DNA of 64,000 nucleotides, from NCBI GenBank assembly GCA_963695875.1, contig CAVOID010000011.1, positions 253,326 through 317,325 on the forward strand, given 5' to 3'. Below, in pieces: positions 18,315 to 28,533 of the stretch. Source of the stretch: an uncultured delta proteobacterium. GTDB taxonomy: Bacteria; Desulfobacterota; Syntrophia; Syntrophales; UBA2185. A model generated the notes under the pieces. That model searched no databases. It was given only the letters and a program-made list of their open reading frames with translations, and was not told the DNA's origin. A program made the translations under genes and the position numbers. Positions within the stretch are counted from its first letter, which is position 1. The number at the start of each line of letters is the position of its first letter.

Positions 18315-20189
18315 ATGTTCGGTTACAGGAATAAGGTGCTTTTTATAGATCTGACCAATAGAAAATATCATACAGAAGAATTGAACAAGGAGTTTGTCGA
18401 ACATTATCTCGGCGGTACGGGCCTGGCTGCAAGATACTTGGCGGAAATCATAAAAGATATGCCGGGACCGGTCGACGCGTTTAATGAAAGGACCCCGCTT
18501 ATTATCATGACGGGGCCCCTGTCCGGGACGAAGGCCTCAGGGTCTGGAAAGTTCGAGATATGTTCCCTTAGTCCAAGAACGGGACTGTGGGCAGAAAGTA
18601 ACATCGGCGGAAAATTCGGTCCGGAACTGAAACTGCTGGGGTATGACGGTATTATCATAACCGGAAAAAGTGACAAACCCGTGTCGATATTTCTGGAGAA
18701 TGATGGTGTGAAGTTCCTGGATGCCTCGCACCTGTGGGGTTTGAACAACAACGAGACTTGGAAAGCTTTCGATAACGAATACCCTGAGAAAAAATTGAAG
18801 ATACTCAGTATAGGCCAGGCAGGGGAAAATCTGGTCTTGTTCGCCAATATACGGAACAACGACGGCAAATCGGCAGGCCGGGTGGGTCTTGGTGCAGTTA
18901 TGGGTTCCAAGAAACTCAAGAGCCTTGTCCTGGTCCGGAAGCATGAAAAAAGTTCCCGCGAATTCCCTGTAAGCGACCCGGGGAAGTTCAGAGAGGCCGT
19001 AGTAAGCTCCCTGAAGACCATACAAGAGACCATGATGTTTCAATTGATGAAATCGCTCGGGACGTCCGGTTACATGGGTATGGGCAATGAATGGGGCGAT
19101 ACTCCGTGCAAATACTGGACCCAAGGGTCGTTTGAGCCTGTAGAAGAAATAAGCGGGTCCGCAATGGCCGATAAATATCTGGTAGGGCGCAACCCCTGTT
19201 ATGCATGCAGTATCGGGTGTGCCCGGGTCATAGAGGTCAAAGAATCGGGCGATCCGCGTTTCAATGTAGGCCGGACCCACGGACCTGAGTACGAGACGCT
19301 GGCGGCCTTTGGAGGGTTGATCCTGAATAAAGATATTGAATCTATCTTTTATGCCAATCAATTGTGCAACGAATACGGGCTGGATACAATCTCCTGTGGC
19401 AGCGTCATTGCGTACTGTTATCTGTTGTTCGACAGGAAACTTCTCAAGGCCGAGGACCTGGATGGGCTTCGGCCGGAGTGGGGCGCGATGGAACCGGCGT
19501 TCAAGCTGATCGAAAAGATCGCGAAGAGAAAAGGGATCGGCGAACTGCTGTCCCGGGGTGTCGATGCGGTAGGTGCGTATTTTGGGCCTGAGGCCGAACA
19601 ACTGGCAGTTCACGTCAACAAGAACGAGATCCCGATGCATGACCCCAGGGCGCTGTTTGGCAGTGCCGTCATGTATGCAACCTCACCGCGAGGCGCCTGT
19701 CACCTTCAGGGAGAGATGTACAATGTCGAGCTTGGCGGTCAGCGCCCGGATATCGGTATCGAGACCGAGGACAGGTTCCAGGATACAGGTAAAGGTCGGG
19801 TCTGCGCCCTCTCCCAGAATTTGACCACGATCTACAGCTCGATGATTCTTTGCCATTTCCATCTTCCCGACGTTCAGCAGATGTGTGACTTGCTTACCTT
19901 CGAGACGGGCAAGGAATACTCCTGGGAAACGCTTAATACTATCGGCGAACGGATATTTAACCTCAAGAGGTTGATAAACCTGAAGCAGGGATATGCCCCT
20001 CTACATGAACGACTGCCGCACCTGCTGACACAACCTCTGGAAGGAGGGACTGAAGGCAATGTTCCGGATATAGAAACACAATTGATCGACTACTATGACT
20101 TCCGTAAGTGGGATAGGAGGACAGGGCGGCCGACGGATGAGAAACTCGTGGAGCTGGGGTTAAGAGAACTTGCTGAGGTATTGAAATAG
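18315..20189 (+). CDS. aor: Aldehyde:ferredoxin oxidoreductase (W/Mo-pterin AOR family)
   Basis: GRVGLGAVMGSKKLK, CYACSIGC, GPEYET, GLDTIS, HDPR, RGACH. Confidence 0.93.
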   Translation: MFGYRNKVLFIDLTNRKYHTEELNKEFVEHYLGGTGLAARYLAEIIKDMPGPVDAFNERTPLIIMTGPLSGTKASGSGKFEICSLSPRTGLWAESNIGGKFGPELKLLGYDGIIITGKSDKPVSIFLENDGVKFLDASHLWGLNNNETWKAFDNEYPEKKLKILSIGQAGENLVLFANIRNNDGKSAGRVGLGAVMGSKKLKSLVLVRKHEKSSREFPVSDPGKFREAVVSSLKTIQETMMFQLMKSLGTSGYMGMGNEWGDTPCKYWTQGSFEPVEEISGSAMADKYLVGRNPCYACSIGCARVIEVKESGDPRFNVGRTHGPEYETLAAFGGLILNKDIESIFYANQLCNEYGLDTISCGSVIAYCYLLFDRKLLKAEDLDGLRPEWGAMEPAFKLIEKIAKRKGIGELLSRGVDAVGAYFGPEAEQLAVHVNKNEIPMHDPRALFGSAVMYATSPRGACHLQGEMYNVELGGQRPDIGIETEDRFQDTGKGRVCALSQNLTTIYSSMILCHFHLPDVQQMCDLLTFETGKEYSWETLNTIGERIFNLKRLINLKQGYAPLHERLPHLLTQPLEGGTEGNVPDIETQLIDYYDFRKWDRRTGRPTDEKLVELGLRELAEVLK

Positions 20190-20317
20190 CGAAAACAAAA
20201 AGCTTCCGATTGAACATAGGCACTTTTTTATTTATTTGTATATCAGAAGCCTTGTTTTTTTCTTAATGTTCGCCTTTTTAAGCAGCTCCCAGATGTTCCT
20301 CCACGGACTCCAATCGA

Positions 20318-21931
20318 TTATCCATGATTAGAATTTTTCATATCTTCAGCATAGTCCGCGATATTCTGGCAGTGATCAGAAATCCTCTCCATGTTGATGA
20401 GCATTTCTATAAAAACAGGACCCGCCTGTACCTGGCAGACCCCTCTGTAGAACCGTTCCTGATGTCTTTCTCTTGACTCTTTAACCTTCTGATCCACAAC
20501 TTTCTCACGCTCCGTGATTGCCCTTATTTTCACCTCATCCGTTTTATCCATAAGAGAAATGGCGTCATTGAGATTATCTAAGACCAGTGCCACAATCTCA
20601 TTCAGGTCCTCATGGCCCCACTGTGTAAATGAAATTTTCCGTTCATGTTTCTGTTGTATCAGATTGGCCAGATTGACGGCATGATCGGCAATACTTTCAA
20701 TGTCATCAACCATGGCCGAATAGGAAAAAAAGACCCTGGATAAATCCGCTGAAAGAGAATCATCGGGAACTCTGCATAGATAACGGCCCACCTCTCTCCT
20801 CAGATTCTTGACCACCAGTTCCACATAGAGGATATCCTTTCTGACACCTTCCTTAAACTCTTTCAACAGATCCATTGTCTTCAAAAACATACCCCGGGCA
20901 AGCACCAGTTCTCTTTTCAGCTCTTTCCTCACACACTCCAGGGCATCTTCCGCCTTTGATAAACACTTTTCATCGAGAAATTCAGGCCAGATCGGCAGTA
21001 TATCCGCCTTACCGGGGAGCAGATATTCGACCAGATAGGAAAAAGGCTTGAGCAGAAAAATAAAGACAACGGCGATCACCACATTAAACAGAAGGTGTCC
21101 ATAAGCGATCTGCTGGGGTACATCGTTAGTAGTGAGTCTCAGCACCTTGATGAATACCGTTGCGGCCAAGATGCAGATCAATGCCCCAAATAGTTTAAAC
21201 AGAAAGTGGGAGAGGGCGCTTCTCTTTCCGTTGATATTTGACACGAAGCCCGCCATTAGGGCAGTTACAGCGGTACCGATATTGGCGCCATAAACGATGG
21301 GCAAGGCATTGTCGAGGGTGATCAAATTCTGCTGGGCCATAATAACCAGGATGCTGATGGGAATGGCGGAAGAGTGGATAATAAAGGCAAAAAGAAGCCC
21401 AATTAAAACCCCGGTCACCGGATTTCTTGTCTCCTGAGAAAACTGGAGGAAGGACTGACTATTTTTTAGAGGTGCTGTTGCCTCGGACACCAGGCTTAAA
21501 CCAAAAAACAGCAAGCCGAAATAAAAGATCCCCTCACCGAATGATTTCCATTTCTCTTTGCCGAAAGACCACAAGAGGCCACCGATCATGATAAAAGCCG
21601 GTGCGGCATCCGTTATCTTCCAGACCACAAGTTGAACGGTAAAGGTTGTTCCGATATCGGCCCCCAGGATGATCCCCAGGGAACGATAAAAGCTCATCAG
21701 CCCGGCGCTTACCATCCCTACGGTTAAAACGGATGTGGCCGTGCTGCTTTGAAAGAGAACGGTAGTTACAATACCGGTGATCAATCCGTAGAACGGGTTT
21801 TTAACGGCAAACTGAAAATATTCACGGATACGTACATTGCTGAATTGCTGCTGTACTTCCGTACTCAATCTGATCATTCCGTACAAAAACAGGGCTATAC
21901 CGGTAGAAAATAGCAGAATCCCTTTTACCAT
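20318..21931 (-). CDS. Na/Pi cotransporter family protein with PhoU-like C-terminus
   Basis: QSSTATS, GADIGTT, GANIGT, ERISDH. Confidence 0.92.
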   Translation of the reverse strand: MVKGILLFSTGIALFLYGMIRLSTEVQQQFSNVRIREYFQFAVKNPFYGLITGIVTTVLFQSSTATSVLTVGMVSAGLMSFYRSLGIILGADIGTTFTVQLVVWKITDAAPAFIMIGGLLWSFGKEKWKSFGEGIFYFGLLFFGLSLVSEATAPLKNSQSFLQFSQETRNPVTGVLIGLLFAFIIHSSAIPISILVIMAQQNLITLDNALPIVYGANIGTAVTALMAGFVSNINGKRSALSHFLFKLFGALICILAATVFIKVLRLTTNDVPQQIAYGHLLFNVVIAVVFIFLLKPFSYLVEYLLPGKADILPIWPEFLDEKCLSKAEDALECVRKELKRELVLARGMFLKTMDLLKEFKEGVRKDILYVELVVKNLRREVGRYLCRVPDDSLSADLSRVFFSYSAMVDDIESIADHAVNLANLIQQKHERKISFTQWGHEDLNEIVALVLDNLNDAISLMDKTDEVKIRAITEREKVVDQKVKESRERHQERFYRGVCQVQAGPVFIEMLINMERISDHCQNIADYAEDMKNSNHG

Positions 21932-21949
21932 TTCACTTACTCTCTTTAA

Positions 21950-23170
21950 TCATCCCTTCTCTTTCCTTTTATCCAATTTTCGTTTCATAATATCGCCCAA
22001 TGAACCGAGCGATGCAGGGGCTTTGTCGACATATTCGCGGTAATCTTCTCTGGACTCTTTTTCTGTCGTGTGTGATGCATCCCCCTGTGATTCTGCTTCC
22101 GGTATGGACAGGGATATCCTTTTTTGATCACCGTCTATGGCATCAATCCGAACCTCGATGGTCTGACCCACATTCACGGCCTCACCGGGATGAGCGATTC
22201 TCTTGCCCTTACCAAGTTTAGAGATATGTATAAGACCGTCTATTCCCGGACCAAGGTTGATAAAGGCGCCGAACTTCGTAAGACGCACCACTGTTCCCAC
22301 ATGAAAGGTCCCTTCGGGATATTTTGCCGGTACTTCATTCCAGGGATCGGACAATGTTTTTTTCAGGGACAAACTGATACGATTTTCCTGCCAATCAAGC
22401 CTGGTAATGGCTACATCTAACGTTTGGCCGACGGACAGACGCTCGTAAATATCCTCCACCCGATCCCAGCCGATCTCCGAGATCGGAAGGAGCCCCTGAA
22501 GACCGCCGATATCCAGAAAAGCGCCAAAATCCCTGATGGAAACGACGATTCCCTTCACGATCATCCCCTCATGCAGTTCGGATTTCCTTGCTTCTTCCTC
22601 TTTTTTCTTCTGCTCCTCCAGAATAGCCCTGCTGGATAGAATGATGTTGCGCCCCCGCTCTCCATATTCGGTAATTCTGAAAGACAAGCGACGGCCGATA
22701 TAGTCTTTCGCATTCTCAATACGCTGGAGGTCCATCTGTGAATATGGGCAGAAGCCCCGCATATCGCCTGCCAGCTTGATTTCGAACCCTCCTTTTATCT
22801 CTTTCTCTACAACACCCTCAATGGGGATCCCGCTCCGCCAGACCTCTTCTATATAGGTCCGTGCGGAATCCCCTGCACCTATCCTGGTCGTAAAAAGTTT
22901 CTCATTATGCTTCGATGACAGGAAATAGGCTGTAATAGAATCGCCCTCTTTTACGGAAAGATTGCCGCTTTCATCGGTCAATTCTTTTTTGTCGAGATAG
23001 CCTTCGCTCTTCCCTCCCAGATCGAGGAAAATCCAATCTTTGGTAATTTTGACTATGACAGCTTCAATCTTCTGCCCGGGCTTCAAAAAATCCCTGCGCA
23101 CCTGGGTTTTTTCGAACAATTCCTCAAAACTTTCTCCTTCAGTTAATTCACTCTTTTTTTCTTCGACCAT
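21950..23170 (-). CDS. rpsA: 30S ribosomal protein S1 (short 4-S1-domain form, possibly a paralog)
   Basis: SFEELF, KSEG, FGAFLDIGG..GLL, FGAFI..GIDGLIHIS, RISLS. Confidence 0.85.
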   Translation of the reverse strand: MVEEKKSELTEGESFEELFEKTQVRRDFLKPGQKIEAVIVKITKDWIFLDLGGKSEGYLDKKELTDESGNLSVKEGDSITAYFLSSKHNEKLFTTRIGAGDSARTYIEEVWRSGIPIEGVVEKEIKGGFEIKLAGDMRGFCPYSQMDLQRIENAKDYIGRRLSFRITEYGERGRNIILSSRAILEEQKKKEEEARKSELHEGMIVKGIVVSIRDFGAFLDIGGLQGLLPISEIGWDRVEDIYERLSVGQTLDVAITRLDWQENRISLSLKKTLSDPWNEVPAKYPEGTFHVGTVVRLTKFGAFINLGPGIDGLIHISKLGKGKRIAHPGEAVNVGQTIEVRIDAIDGDQKRISLSIPEAESQGDASHTTEKESREDYREYVDKAPASLGSLGDIMKRKLDKRKEKG

Positions 23171-23402
23171 GTGCCACTTTTCCTATTCTTAATCTATGTA
23201 ATTACGTATGGCTGAATTTTTTTGATGTTATCCACGAAAAAGACCCAGGCATGTATCAATGACACCTGCATCATAAACTGTTCTCTTTTATTTTTCAATT
23301 GTATAAAGCCTCGGTGATTTAGATTTTATCCACTTTCTAAACTTTCGCATGACTTTTTCAAGATCGATTAAAAATAAATCTGAGAAGCGGGATGGTTCTT
23401 GC

Positions 23403-23433
23403 AAAAAAGAAGGGGAGACTTGAGGTCTCCCCT
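23403..23433 (-). terminator. Rho-independent terminator
   Basis: Minus strand AGGGGAGAC-ctcaa-GTCTCCCCT followed by TCTTTTTT. Confidence 0.8.
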
Positions 23434-23538
23434 AGTTAAGGAGGGATGGAGGGATGTTTCAACCTTATGAGTTTTGTGTATCCTATCAGTTAATCATGCT
23501 TGTTTTAACCGATTATATGACAGCAAACAAAGAGTCTC

Positions 23539-23694
23539 TTAATCCCGATGGAACTTAACTTCCATCATGAGCAGAACAATGCCGACAAGAAATAAAACAG
23601 CGAGTATTATACTTTCTGGTGTATTGAGCGGGGCCTGGTGAGGGTGAAATTCTGCAAGCAGCGCCATGATCTGCGTTGATATCAATGTTTCCAT
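23539..23694 (-). CDS. Small single-TM protein (51 aa), not in ORF track
   Basis: METLISTQIMALLAEFHPHQAPLNTPESIILAVLFLVGIVLLMMEVKFHRD*; strong SD AGAAGGAG. Confidence 0.6.
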   Translation of the reverse strand: METLISTQIMALLAEFHPHQAPLNTPESIILAVLFLVGIVLLMMEVKFHRD

Positions 23695-23918
23695 ATCGAT
23701 GCTCCTTCTGTCACAGGGAAGACATGTTGATAATGTTGCTTTGGTTTAACCTTAACGACATGCCGGGAAAAATGCTGTGACATCGATCACAAAAAATTTA
23801 TTTATTATCGTTGCATCACGATAAAGAATGACTTTCTCATGATGATAGATTTTCCTGTGGCAAAATTCTTTTAATGATGTAATATACCGCCGAGGAAAGA
23901 AGAAAAAGCAACTTATAA

Positions 23919-25820
23919 ATGAGTCGGGGAAATGCATCAGCAGGATGTAAAGTGAAAGCAGAAAAATCTCAAGGTAGTCAGGCAGAGGAATTGCATAAGG
24001 AGAATCCACCGCAGATTCTGGTCGTTGATGATTTTCCGGATATTCTGAATTTGCTGACGGAAATTCTTACCTACTATGGCTATCAGGTTCGCTCTGCCTC
24101 CAGCGGGCACATGGCTTTGAAATCGGCGGCAGTTGATCCGCCGGACTTGATCCTGCTGGATGTAAAATTACCGGATATGAGCGGCTATGAGGTATGTCGT
24201 CATTTGAAGTCCAACGAAGAGAGTCGCAGAATTCCTGTGATGTTTATAAGCGGCCTTGATGAAACCGTTGAAAAAATCAAGGGCTTTGAAGCAGGGGGTA
24301 TTGACTACATCACCAAGCCGTTTCAGGCAGCGGAGGTTTTGGCGCGGGTTGAAACGCACTTGGCTCTGCATCGCGTGCAAAAGCAACTGGAGGAGCAAAA
24401 TATCCGACTCCAGCAGGAAATCGCCGAGCGCGAGCGGGCCGAAAGGGATTTGAGAAAGCACGAAGCCAGCCTGGAAGAAATTGTTGCCGAGCGCACTGCA
24501 AAACTTAGCGTTATCAACGAGGAACTGCAAGGGGAGATAGCCGAACGTAAGCAGGTGGAAGAAGCACTGCGGAAATCGGAGGAGAAATATCGCTCCCTGG
24601 CAACCACTGCGGATTTAATGTACCTCGTGGATAGGAATTACAGGTATCTGTTAATTAATGAAGGACATCGATCGAGGCTGGGCATCCCATTGGACAGGGT
24701 CATAGGTAAGCATTATGGCGAGTTCCATTCCGAGAAGGCCACAAAGCACTTTGTCGAGATAATTGATCGCGTATTCGAAACAGGAATATCAGTCATCCAG
24801 CATGAATATAAAAGTGATAGAGATGGGCGTTATTTCCTGCAAACGTTCAGTCCCGTTACAGATCATGATGGAAAAACAACAATGGCTGTAACAGTGGTGT
24901 CAAAAGATATCACGGAACGTAAACTGGCGGAGAAAGCACTTCAAGAGAGTGAGGAACTTTACCGTCTTCTGGCTGAGAAGTCGTTCGCCGGTGTCTATGT
25001 GCTGCAGAATGGAAAATTTTGTTTCTTCAATTTTCATGCAGCCTCTTATACCGGGTACACTCCGGAGGAACTGGTTGGAATGGAATCGATGAGTCTTGTC
25101 CATCCTGAAGATAGGGCGCAGCTTAGAAAGAATGTCACGGATATGCTTCATGGAGAGCGGACTTTGCCGTACGAGTTCAGATTAATAACCAAGGAAGGGC
25201 AAATCAGATGGTTAATGGAAACGGTAACTCCCATCCTATGGGAAGGGAAACGTGCCATTCTGGGGAATTGCATGGATCTCTCAGAGCGCAAGAAGATGGA
25301 GGAAGAGATACATTCTCTCTCGATTACCGATCCTCTGACAGGTTTGCATAACAGGCGGGGTTTTTTAACCCTTGCGGAGCACCAATTGAAAATATCTAAC
25401 CGGGGTGAGGGAGGTATGTTGCTCTTTTTTGCTGACCTTGATGGGATGAAGTGGATTAACGATACGCTGGGCCATGAAGAGGGTGACAGGGCACTTATTG
25501 ATGTGGCTGTGATGTTCAAGGAGACCTTCAGAGCCTCAGACATCATTGCCCGCGTCGGTGGAGACGAATTTGCGATTCTCACGATAGATACCTCTGGAAT
25601 ATCTCCCGAAATTATCATGGCAAGATTGAAGGATCAGATTGATAAGCACAACAGCGAAAAAGGCCGCCGTTACAAAATCTCAATAAGCATGGGCACAGCA
25701 TACTACAATCCTGAAAACCCCTGCTCTCTTGATGAGCTCATATCACGTGCAGATAAATTAATGTACGATCAAAAGAAAAGTAAAAGTCAAAGCAGGCTCA
25801 CATCGGATGAAGCAGCTTAG
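23919..25820 (+). CDS. Diguanylate cyclase REC-PAS-PAS-GGDEF (start uncertain)
   Basis: ILVVDD...ILLDV...KPF receiver; two PAS domains; TDPLTGL, ARVGGDEF. Confidence 0.93.
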   Translation: MSRGNASAGCKVKAEKSQGSQAEELHKENPPQILVVDDFPDILNLLTEILTYYGYQVRSASSGHMALKSAAVDPPDLILLDVKLPDMSGYEVCRHLKSNEESRRIPVMFISGLDETVEKIKGFEAGGIDYITKPFQAAEVLARVETHLALHRVQKQLEEQNIRLQQEIAERERAERDLRKHEASLEEIVAERTAKLSVINEELQGEIAERKQVEEALRKSEEKYRSLATTADLMYLVDRNYRYLLINEGHRSRLGIPLDRVIGKHYGEFHSEKATKHFVEIIDRVFETGISVIQHEYKSDRDGRYFLQTFSPVTDHDGKTTMAVTVVSKDITERKLAEKALQESEELYRLLAEKSFAGVYVLQNGKFCFFNFHAASYTGYTPEELVGMESMSLVHPEDRAQLRKNVTDMLHGERTLPYEFRLITKEGQIRWLMETVTPILWEGKRAILGNCMDLSERKKMEEEIHSLSITDPLTGLHNRRGFLTLAEHQLKISNRGEGGMLLFFADLDGMKWINDTLGHEEGDRALIDVAVMFKETFRASDIIARVGGDEFAILTIDTSGISPEIIMARLKDQIDKHNSEKGRRYKISISMGTAYYNPENPCSLDELISRADKLMYDQKKSKSQSRLTSDEAA

Positions 25821-25896
25821 AATAAAACTTACCTTTAGGTTTCTCCAATCTCTTGTCTATTAGCTCATTGACTGAAAACGTTAACCGGAAAACCCA

Positions 25897-26157
25897 ATGG
25901 GGCAGTTTAGAGCGATCATGAAAAAAAATCTGGACGATTATAGGAAAGAGATGAAAATACGAGAGGCAAAGCCCGAGTCGCTGCATAAAAGAGTGACTTC
26001 AGAAGACAATCGTGTTAATTACCAAAAGAGAGAAGGGCGTTTCATGGCCCTGTTTTCTGATAAATGGGTCAAATTGATGCCTGGGTTGATGGCTATTCTT
26101 TTGGCTGTTCTCACTCTTATTTTTCTCATAATTTCTGAAGTCCTGAAAAAAGACTGA
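25897..26157 (+). CDS. Hypothetical small membrane protein
   Basis: C-terminal hydrophobic helix; no recognisable motif. Confidence 0.35.
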   Translation: MGQFRAIMKKNLDDYRKEMKIREAKPESLHKRVTSEDNRVNYQKREGRFMALFSDKWVKLMPGLMAILLAVLTLIFLIISEVLKKD

Positions 26158-26423
26158 GTATTGATATATCTGATAAATTGAAAATAATCGTTGTAATAAT
26201 CATAGTCGTATTGCTTATAATTCTTCTACGGCTGAAAAAAGGCGGTAATTGAATCGTTCGATCAAATTCAATTCATCATTTCCCAATCCGGGCTTTTTTG
26301 ATGATTACTCTTCGAGATGTTGTTTTGCTGAATCTACGAATCTGTATAGTATGCGCAGTCAAATCAATAACCGCTTAGCTCATCCCGGGAAAACAGTATC
26401 AATTCAATAAGAGTGGTAAGTTT

Positions 26424-27626
26424 ATGGAACGAAGGGAATTTCTGAAGGTTGTAGCAGGGGTGTCGGCAATGGCACTTTGTTCGTGCACAGGTGACGCGGA
26501 TAAATCTCAGTCTCACCAAAGGGACAGGATGCTTAAAGCAGGACATGATACAAAAGTATTTCTGGCTGGGGTAAATGGTGGAGCTTCCGAACAGGAAGTA
26601 AAATCGGCAGTTCGTGCTGCAGCCGAAGCAGCCACGGATTTTTCCTGGTTGTCCAAAGGCGATTCTGTGTTCATAAAACCTGCCCTTAATTCAGGTTACC
26701 CCTATCCGGCCACAACGAGTCCCGTAGCTATCGGAGCTATGGTCGAACTCCTCAAGAAGAAGGGAGCGCGTCGGGTGATTGTGGGAGATATGTCCGGCAT
26801 CGAACACGTAAAACTTACACCACAGGGACTCTCCGGAAGCACCCGCCAGTTGATGGATGCAGCCGGCATGACCAAAATTGTCCAGGCGGCAGGTGCGGAA
26901 ATACACTTTTTTGAAGAAGCCGGATGGAACGCCTTTTATGAAGACATACCGGCCATAGGCTCCCACTGGAAGCGCGGTCTGATGATGCCTGTTATACTTA
27001 AGGATGTTGACCACATTATCCTCATGCCTCGTTGCAGCCGCCATGTGCTTACGGGAAGCACACTGGGGCTAAAGGCTGCTGTAGGCTATTGGCGAACCGA
27101 CACAAGACTGGAATACCATCGGGATGCGCATACCTTACAGGAGAAGACAGGTGAAGGCAATACTGTTGAAACCTTGGGCAATAAGCAGCGGCTGGTGCTG
27201 ACCGCGGCAGATAAGATACTCACAACATTCGGTCCTGATCGGGGCCATGTTTACCAGCCGGAGAATGGACTGATAATCGCGACGGAGTCGGTGATAGCAC
27301 ACGACATGGTGTCTCTGGCCTGGCTTCTGGATAACAAACGTCATATCTCACCATCGGGAGTGGATGAGTTTGTGGACAGCAGTCAGTTGGTAGCAGGGCT
27401 CGGCAATCGCTGGGTTGTCAGCAAATTGGGTGGATGGGGATCGGCCATGGCCTCCGAAAGATTGACCAAAAACAAACTCAATACCATCTGGGATGATCGG
27501 GTTCTCAACCATGCGTACCGGGTCTTCGGCGGTGTGCCTAAAATTATTCTTGAAGCAGCAAATGGAGCCATCCAGGAAGATTTGAAAAAGCGACTGGGTG
27601 AGATGACCACCTTTTCCGCCGGTTGA
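26424..27626 (+). CDS. DUF362 family protein with Tat (lipoprotein) signal
   Basis: MERREFLK twin-arginine motif, LCSC lipobox, GDSVFIKP, H..TGSTLGLK. Confidence 0.8.
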   Translation: MERREFLKVVAGVSAMALCSCTGDADKSQSHQRDRMLKAGHDTKVFLAGVNGGASEQEVKSAVRAAAEAATDFSWLSKGDSVFIKPALNSGYPYPATTSPVAIGAMVELLKKKGARRVIVGDMSGIEHVKLTPQGLSGSTRQLMDAAGMTKIVQAAGAEIHFFEEAGWNAFYEDIPAIGSHWKRGLMMPVILKDVDHIILMPRCSRHVLTGSTLGLKAAVGYWRTDTRLEYHRDAHTLQEKTGEGNTVETLGNKQRLVLTAADKILTTFGPDRGHVYQPENGLIIATESVIAHDMVSLAWLLDNKRHISPSGVDEFVDSSQLVAGLGNRWVVSKLGGWGSAMASERLTKNKLNTIWDDRVLNHAYRVFGGVPKIILEAANGAIQEDLKKRLGEMTTFSAG

Positions 27627-27760
27627 TGAACAGGTGGATTCTTCATCTTCAGGATTAACTTGTTCCTTGATTTCAAATTTCCATTGTTCTACTCTGATTT
27701 GGACAAATCGACTAATAGCGAAAATATGTCGAAATAAAACAGATTCAAGGGGCCCCTGCT

Positions 27761-28498
27761 TTGGCGATTTCCTCTCAGTCATTCCCTACCTGGCTGACCT
27801 CGTGGATGCAAACACAGAAAATTCTGCTCTGGGGCGCCGCAGACCTCCGCGGGTTCTCCACACCTGATGATGCAACAGGGCAGGGATTTCCATTCGCCAT
27901 TTCATGGGCTGTTCCCATGAACCCCCTGATTATGGCTGGTATTAGACACGGCCCGAACCAAGCCTATGCTGATGAGTATGCCGGGATGAACTCCCTTATC
28001 AACGACCTGGCAGAGAAGCTGGCAGCCGAGATCAGGGCACGGGGCTTTAGAGCCGAACCGTTGGCTGCTTCTGAACGCACCGATTCCGTAAATATCAAGG
28101 GGGACTTTCCACACAAAACCGCGGCCACCCGTGCAGGCCTGGGTTGGATCGGCCGCCACTGCCAGCTTATAACCCGCAAGTATGGCTCGTGGATTCGCCT
28201 GGGGACCGTTTTCACAGATATGAAACTCCCCTGTGGACCGCCGGTAGAGCGTAACTTTTGCGGCCGCTGCACCCGCTGCGTTGATGCGTGCCCTGCCGGG
28301 GCATTGAAAGGAATGGCCTGGTATCCGGGACTGCCGCGTGATGATATTTTGGATGTCCATGCATGCGATAGTTGGAAAAAAGAACACTACTTCCAGTACC
28401 ACAGGGGGCACACCTGCGGCATTTGCTCGGCAGTGTGTCCTTATGGTTTGAAAGTGTTAAAAACGAAGCCGACTATAAAATCAGATGTACATAATTGA
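27761..28498 (+). CDS. QueG/epoxyqueuosine-reductase-like 4Fe-4S protein
   Basis: HKTAATRAGLGWIGR, CGRCTRCVDACP, CGICSAVCP. Confidence 0.85.
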   Translation: MAISSQSFPTWLTSWMQTQKILLWGAADLRGFSTPDDATGQGFPFAISWAVPMNPLIMAGIRHGPNQAYADEYAGMNSLINDLAEKLAAEIRARGFRAEPLAASERTDSVNIKGDFPHKTAATRAGLGWIGRHCQLITRKYGSWIRLGTVFTDMKLPCGPPVERNFCGRCTRCVDACPAGALKGMAWYPGLPRDDILDVHACDSWKKEHYFQYHRGHTCGICSAVCPYGLKVLKTKPTIKSDVHN

Positions 28499-28533
28499 TG
28501 AACACAACCTGCGATGCCTCGATCACAAACACC

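Noticed and set aside
23228..23334. Two TTATCCAC(G/T) DnaA-like boxes upstream of rpsA as oriC
   Set aside because: Only two imperfect boxes and no dnaA/dnaN/gidA context
27761..28498. Reductive dehalogenase
   Set aside because: Too short, no Tat signal and no rdhB anchor gene; QueG-like only
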